A stretch of 64,000 bases of DNA from positions 23,758,954-23,822,953 of the forward strand of contig CP154954.1 in the NCBI GenBank assembly GCA_039621445.1. Reading direction: 5' to 3'. Source of the stretch: Euglena gracilis (taxonomy: Eukaryota). Each line of letters opens with the position of its first letter. Position 1 is the first letter of the stretch. The position numbers and the translations under genes were made by a program. Positions 58,870-64,000 of this stretch are shown here, one piece after another. The notes under the pieces were generated by a model that ran no database searches, was not told the DNA's origin, and was given only the letters and a program-made list of their open reading frames with translations.

Positions 58870-61800
58870 TCAGTTGGCCGGGGACGTAGTGTTCTCCGCG
58901 GCGGCGGCGTGGAAGGCGCGTGGCCTCACCGAGACTGTGGCAGGGGGCGGGCTCTGACTGGCGCGGGGAACGAATGGGGAAATGGTTCACGTCCTGTGGT
59001 TGAACAGCACCCCGCCCCACCCACTTTGCCCAAGCAGTGGATTCCTGATAGAAAGGACCCACAACCGACAAATGCTCCGACTCCGAGTCGGAAGATTAAT
59101 CTGGCAAGCCGGGGGCAACCTTGAAATTGGACATTGTGCAAAGTGGGAAACTCCGTGGGAAAAAGCATTTTCTGTCCATTGCAACTCATAGAGCACCCCC
59201 CCCCCTCCAACGGACCAACCGCCCATCAAAGGAACGCCCATTCTTTTTTTTCAGGGGAAGGGGAGGTTACACCACTCTGAATACTAGATTTATGCAGCTG
59301 CTGCGCAAGGGCACAACTGGCCACATATTTTGAGTGTGCAAGCTGTCACACTGTTGTGAAATTGCACAATGTGGCCGTTGTGCATGGTGGGTTTCGAGAG
59401 CGGTGCTGGAACAGTGGAAAGGTCTCAACACCAGAGAGGCCAGCGGGACAAAACACAATACAGGACAGGTGGATGGCTGCCTTCTCGATCAGGTCGTATT
59501 GAACTCGGCAAGTATTGTACAACCTTCTCCCCAACCCCCTGGCCAAACGAGAAGTTGAAGACAGCTGGTTGGCCGCGGTGGGGCACCGCCACCTCCGGCG
59601 CTACCGTCGGCCAGGCGAACACCGGGTTGTGTTGCGCCGGGGGCAGGACCGGGTTGGGGGAGGCTGGGCGGGAGGCGACCCCACCACCACCACCCAACCA
59701 TCAGGCTTCCGAGGGCCCTGACCCGCCCTGGCTGTGGGTCCGTTGATCGCCCACGTCTCCAGCCGGGCGGCCATCATGGCGGACGTCACTTTGGTGTCAG
59801 GCGAGGCCTCTGGCGCACTCGTGCCGGGCCCTTGCCAAGCCGTGCTGTTTGCGGTCCCGGTCCTGCTCGGCCAAGGGCTGCGACCACAAACGATACAATT
59901 GGTCTGTGGGTGGCCCGGTGCGGGTCGCGGTCGCATGCGGCCGTGGCCACCGCACGGAACCCGGAAGCTGAGGGAACCCGTCAGGCAAGTAAGTTAGAAA
60001 GGTGGTATGGTGGTGCTGGATGGCTGGAGGCATGGGGCTGCACTGCACAAAAGTGGGAAAATGGGGAAAAAACAGAGAAACCCAAAATACACGCGGGATG
60101 CAGGATCGATGAAAATTCTTTTTCCGTGAAAATGTCATATCAGTATCAAAAAATCCTTCACGACCGAATGCGACTCTCCAGCAAGGGCATTCAATACAGT
60201 GGGGGATGTTGCTCGGGGAATTTCTTAAAGACACTGGGGGGGGGGTCAGCCAGCCAGCTGGAAAAAGATGCTGGCTGGAAAAAGGGTGCTGACTGGACTC
60301 CCACTCCCTTGGGGGGGTCAAGGGGGGGGGTACTACCAGCTGCCAGGCTGGACGCAACTACCACCCGAAAGCAGCCAAAAAAGCAAAATCCAGCTGGGTT
60401 GGACTTTTTTGGGGTGAAAAAAACAACCAAAATTGGCCATTTTTGACAACTTTTTTTTTCAAAAGATTCCAGTCCAGCCCAGCTTCGCCAGGCTAAAAAA
60501 AATTGTATTTCCGCTCGCCTTTGCGCGGGGGGGGGGTCCGCAGCCCAGCTGGGAGCTGCTGGCTGGAAAAAAGGAGCTGGCTGGCTGGACCACCACCTAG
60601 GTACCCCTAGGTAGTGGCTGGCACCCTACCCCCTTGGGGTAGGGTGGGGTTCAGCTTAAGAATTGCCTGATGTTGCTGGCTGGCTCAATATGTGTCATGG
60701 CCAAGGTGGCACTGATGGGCCAAGGTGGCTCGAAATTAAGTTCCGGTTCATCCGTATGCCTTTCAGCCAGGCTGGCGGGCACAGAGGGGAAGACCACTCC
60801 CCCCCAGGTTGGTGAGGACGGGGGCGGAGGTCAACTTCCCGGGTGGGACAGGAGTTGGCCAGACCCCAGGGTTCAATATAAAAGCACTCACTGGGGTCCC
60901 ACTCACCCAGGGGGGGGGGGTCCGGGTGGGTCAGGCCCCCCAGTCCGGGAGGGCGGGTGGTGGGACACCCCCCACCTAAACCTCGTACACCTCCTTATGT
61001 GGAACCCTGCCTGACCCTCCCGAACAAACTGGTGCTTTTCAACCACGGACACCAAAACAATTCACATGCAGCAATTTTTGGTCCCATTTTTTTTGCCCAA
61101 AAAAGGCAAGAATTTGAGGGAGGCCAAAACAGAGGGAGGGTATGAAGCGAATAGCAATTGGGGGAGGTAGGTGGACCTACCCCCCCCCCCCGGGAAACTG
61201 TCACCTGACAGGTTGGCCAGTACCGGGGACCCTGACAACTTCCTATACTGACAGGTTGGCCGGTAACAGGGACCCTGACAGTTTCCCGGGCGGGACCCTG
61301 ACAGTTTCCCGGGTAGGGCATTTCAAGGGAAAATCAATGAAAAATGACCCTGACAGGTTGGCCGGTACCGGGGACCCTGACAGTTTCCCGGGCGGGACCC
61401 TGACAGGTTCTCGGGCATGACAGTTTCCCGGGGGGGGGGGTAGGTAATGTGTTCCTTACCAAAGCACTTCACATATGCAACCATGAAGCATTTGCTGTTT
61501 GCTATGTGTGGGGGGGGGGGGCGGTGAGGGGGGATGCCGGGGGCCTCTCGATGCCGCCCTCCAGCGCAAACAGGTGGCGGCTCTTCTCCAAGTCGTAGCG
61601 GGCAGCGATGCCGTTGGAGGGGTGGCCGCGGCACAGCGGGTCGACCCGCCAATCGTTGTACCGCAGCAGCTTTTTCCCGGCCAGGGATGAGAGAGAGGCT
61701 TCTGTGTCCAGCCCATATGGGGGGGAAGAGAATACCTCCCCGGGAAACTGTCATCTGACAGTTTGGCCGGTTTTCGGGACCCTGACAACTTCCTGTACTG

Positions 61801-64000
61801 ACAAGGGCCAGTACCACACGGACCCTGCCAGGTTCTTGGGTTTAACAGTTTCGCGGGGGGGGGGGGGGAAGAGCTTCAAAAAAAGCAGGAAATGACCGGG
61901 GTTTGAAAAAATGGCAGGTGGGGGTGTCCTCCAACACAGAAACCTTAACTCCAGAAATCCACCTTGTGTTAAACCCTAATCATACCGCCTATGGTGTAGA
62001 GTCTGAGGTAGCAATGGGGTTGGGTTTCTCTTTCCTACCACTCATCTCTATTCAAGTCCGCCAAACTTTCGACTTGTGGGGCCCGCTCAGCAAAAATGCG
62101 TGCTCGTGCGCAGTGGTTGTGCCGCCTGGCACGTACAAACACATGAGCCGAGTTGAAGCTGACCTCAAAAGGCAACACAACTTAGAGCAATATGCGAACA
62201 AGTCTGAAATGTGTCCAAAGAAATGCAAATGATGTCTTCACAAACGGATATGAACCACTGTCATAAATGAAATATTGAAAGAATTGTTCATAATAACAAA
62301 GACGGGCCAACTCATTTCCCAAAGCATGAGCATGTCTCAAACATGCAAAAAAAAATAGATAATATACATACAAAAAACATACAAAAATGGGTAAAGCCCA
62401 GATTCTTCAACAATAAAGACAGTCAGTGCCAGCTCGCGACCAGCTATCATCATGTTTCCGAGCGAGGTGCATTTCCTGGAATCCACTCCGCTTGTACACG
62501 CTGTCGAAATATGGGATGTTGTACGACGCCCAGTACCCCCTCTGGTTCACGATGGACGTCATGTCTGCCACTTCCAGCAGACCTGGGGTCTGCTCCGGGG
62601 GCAGAGCACCGGAAACCAACACGAGGAATGAAATTTCTGCACGATTTTTGTTTCCTGACAGAAAAGACAAATGCAACCAGTGAATGAATGGTGCTTTGAA
62701 GACAGCCACCATGGGCGTACTTGAACTTTCTGGAGTCCAGATTTGTCCCCAGTGTTCAGCATCTGCAGGAGCAGCCAAGCAAATTGCACGCCTCTGCTGT
62801 TGAGTGACCTTTACAGAAAAAAGTCCGGAGAGAAATCAAAGCTGGCTGCCGCGCCAGGGCCCTGGGCACCACGATGAGGCCCCCCTCCTGGAGGCCCACC
62901 CCCGGCGCGAACTGTGCCAGGTCCAGCACCATCCACTGGTTGTTGTATGTGCCGCTGTTCAACATCGAGAACGGTGGCCGGGGGGGCCCGGGGACTTGGG
63001 AGGTTCCGACGGGGGCGTCGCCGTATTACGGAGGAGGTCCAGCACAGAGGCTTGAAAATGGGGCTGGCAGAACGAAGCTGGCGGCTGGCTAACCGCCCCC
63101 CACCAGTATCCCTGAGACAGTGAGAGCTGGAATGGGTCAAACCTGACACACAAAATTGAGACTGCAAAAAAAAGCAGAGCAAAAAAGCAGCCAGGCTTTA
63201 ATCTGTGAAGGCCATCCCATGTAATTTTAGCCCATTATGGCACCTTCAAAATCGAAAAAAAAGAATTCAGGGACAGAACCCAAACCCAGCGGGGAAAGGA
63301 CATTCATGCTCCCTGGGTTCACTGCCGACCTTATGTCGGGGCGCCGAATGGCTGAGAGCCTTGAAACACTGGCATCGGCGGACACTTTGGAGGACAGGTC
63401 CAAGAGGAGGTCACCAGCTGCACCAGACAGGTTGAGGATCCGTGGGAGTGGGAGGTTTATACCCCCATCACCCCCCTGGGGAGAAACCCAAGTGTTTCCT
63501 AAATCCGGGGACATGTAGTGCATACGGTCAGAAACGATGGCAATGGGTGGTCAACAGCGCATAAAATGAAAAATAGGGGTCAACCCCCCCCTTTAAGGGG
63601 TACCGAATCAGCCCAATCCCGGCCCGTTAAAGATGGGGATGAGCCAGACCACCCTCAGCCCCCTCCCCACAGGGTCCAACCTGGAGCGGAGCCAGAGGAG
63701 GAAAACAATCATGTTATCAGACGTTGCCCGGACACTGAAAAAAATGGAAAAAAAACGGGGCGGACAAGACAAAAATAAAAGGGGGAACCTTGGAAACGAG
63801 GAGGAAAAGGGGGAACCTTGCATGAAGGTTCCCCGCACGTCCGAGGTGGAGGGAACGGAGTCGAATGGTGGCGCATTGGCGGCCCTTTGGGGACGGAGGG
63901 CCGCCCCGGGCAGTTGAGCCCACTGCGTCGCGGAGCTGGCGAGCACATTGGCGGCGTAGGCCGACAGCAGAGGGTTGCGGAGGCCCCAGAGGGGCAGAGG
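58870..64000 (-). CDS. phospholipase B-like protein (PLBD1/PLBD2 family), 3' exons only; the gene continues beyond the window
   Basis: Exons 63962-63912, 62972-62868, 62596-62436, 62120-62054, 61676-61550, 59798-59734 and 59638-~59545; a last exon near 58890-58870 is uncertain. Motifs: AANVLA...[77 protein letters not shown]. Confidence 0.92.
60214..60669. mobile_element. hAT-like MITE with perfect 8-bp TSD inside a PLBD intron
   Basis: Ends CGGGGAATTTCTTAA / TTAAGAATTGCCTG and TSD ATGTTGCT (60206-60213, 60670-60677). Confidence 0.85.
60867..61009. mobile_element. 143-bp hAT-like MITE, same family as 28845-29305
   Basis: TIR CAGGGTTCAATATAA / TTATGTGGAACCCTG with flanks CCAGACCC / CCTGACCC (7/8). 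It shares the GGACACCCCCCACCTAAACC right end with the 28845 copy. Confidence 0.8.
61180..61440. mobile_element. TA-flanked MITE (Tc1/mariner-like target) with GACCCTGACA internal repeats; relative at ~61735-61868
   Basis: TIR C(n)GGGAAACTGTCA / TGACAGTTTCCCG(n) with TA at 61178-61179 and 61441-61442. Confidence 0.8.

Overview
Eukaryotic nuclear DNA, almost certainly a euglenid (Euglena-like). GC-rich micro-exons are separated by long repeat-rich introns, and most resolvable introns are non-GT-AG 'nonconventional' introns whose ends base-pair in a +4/-6 register (typically nnnCAG...CTGnnnnn). I reconstructed by hand four spliced minus-strand genes: the 3' part of a phospholipase B-like gene (PLBD), an ABHD1/3-type alpha/beta hydrolase, a PEBP and a Maf nucleotide pyrophosphatase with a Bacteroidota-like signature. 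Two weaker models are a Pro/Ala-rich protein ending in a possible OmpA-like domain and a small membrane protein. The first 10.5 kb holds decayed retroelements (gag with zinc knuckle, chromodomain, DIRS-type tyrosine recombinase). A ~5.8 kb tandem duplication across a 13-N gap is probably an assembly/haplotype artefact. Many MITEs are present, several with CAG...CTG termini and 8-bp target-site duplications (hAT-like). The main finding is that the nonconventional intron geometry (3 nt before CAG + 5 nt after CTG = 8 nt) is what precise removal of such an element plus one TSD copy would give. Intron junctions retain decayed 8-bp direct repeats, suggesting that hAT-type elements generate these introns. 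All exon joins are manual inferences without RNA data.
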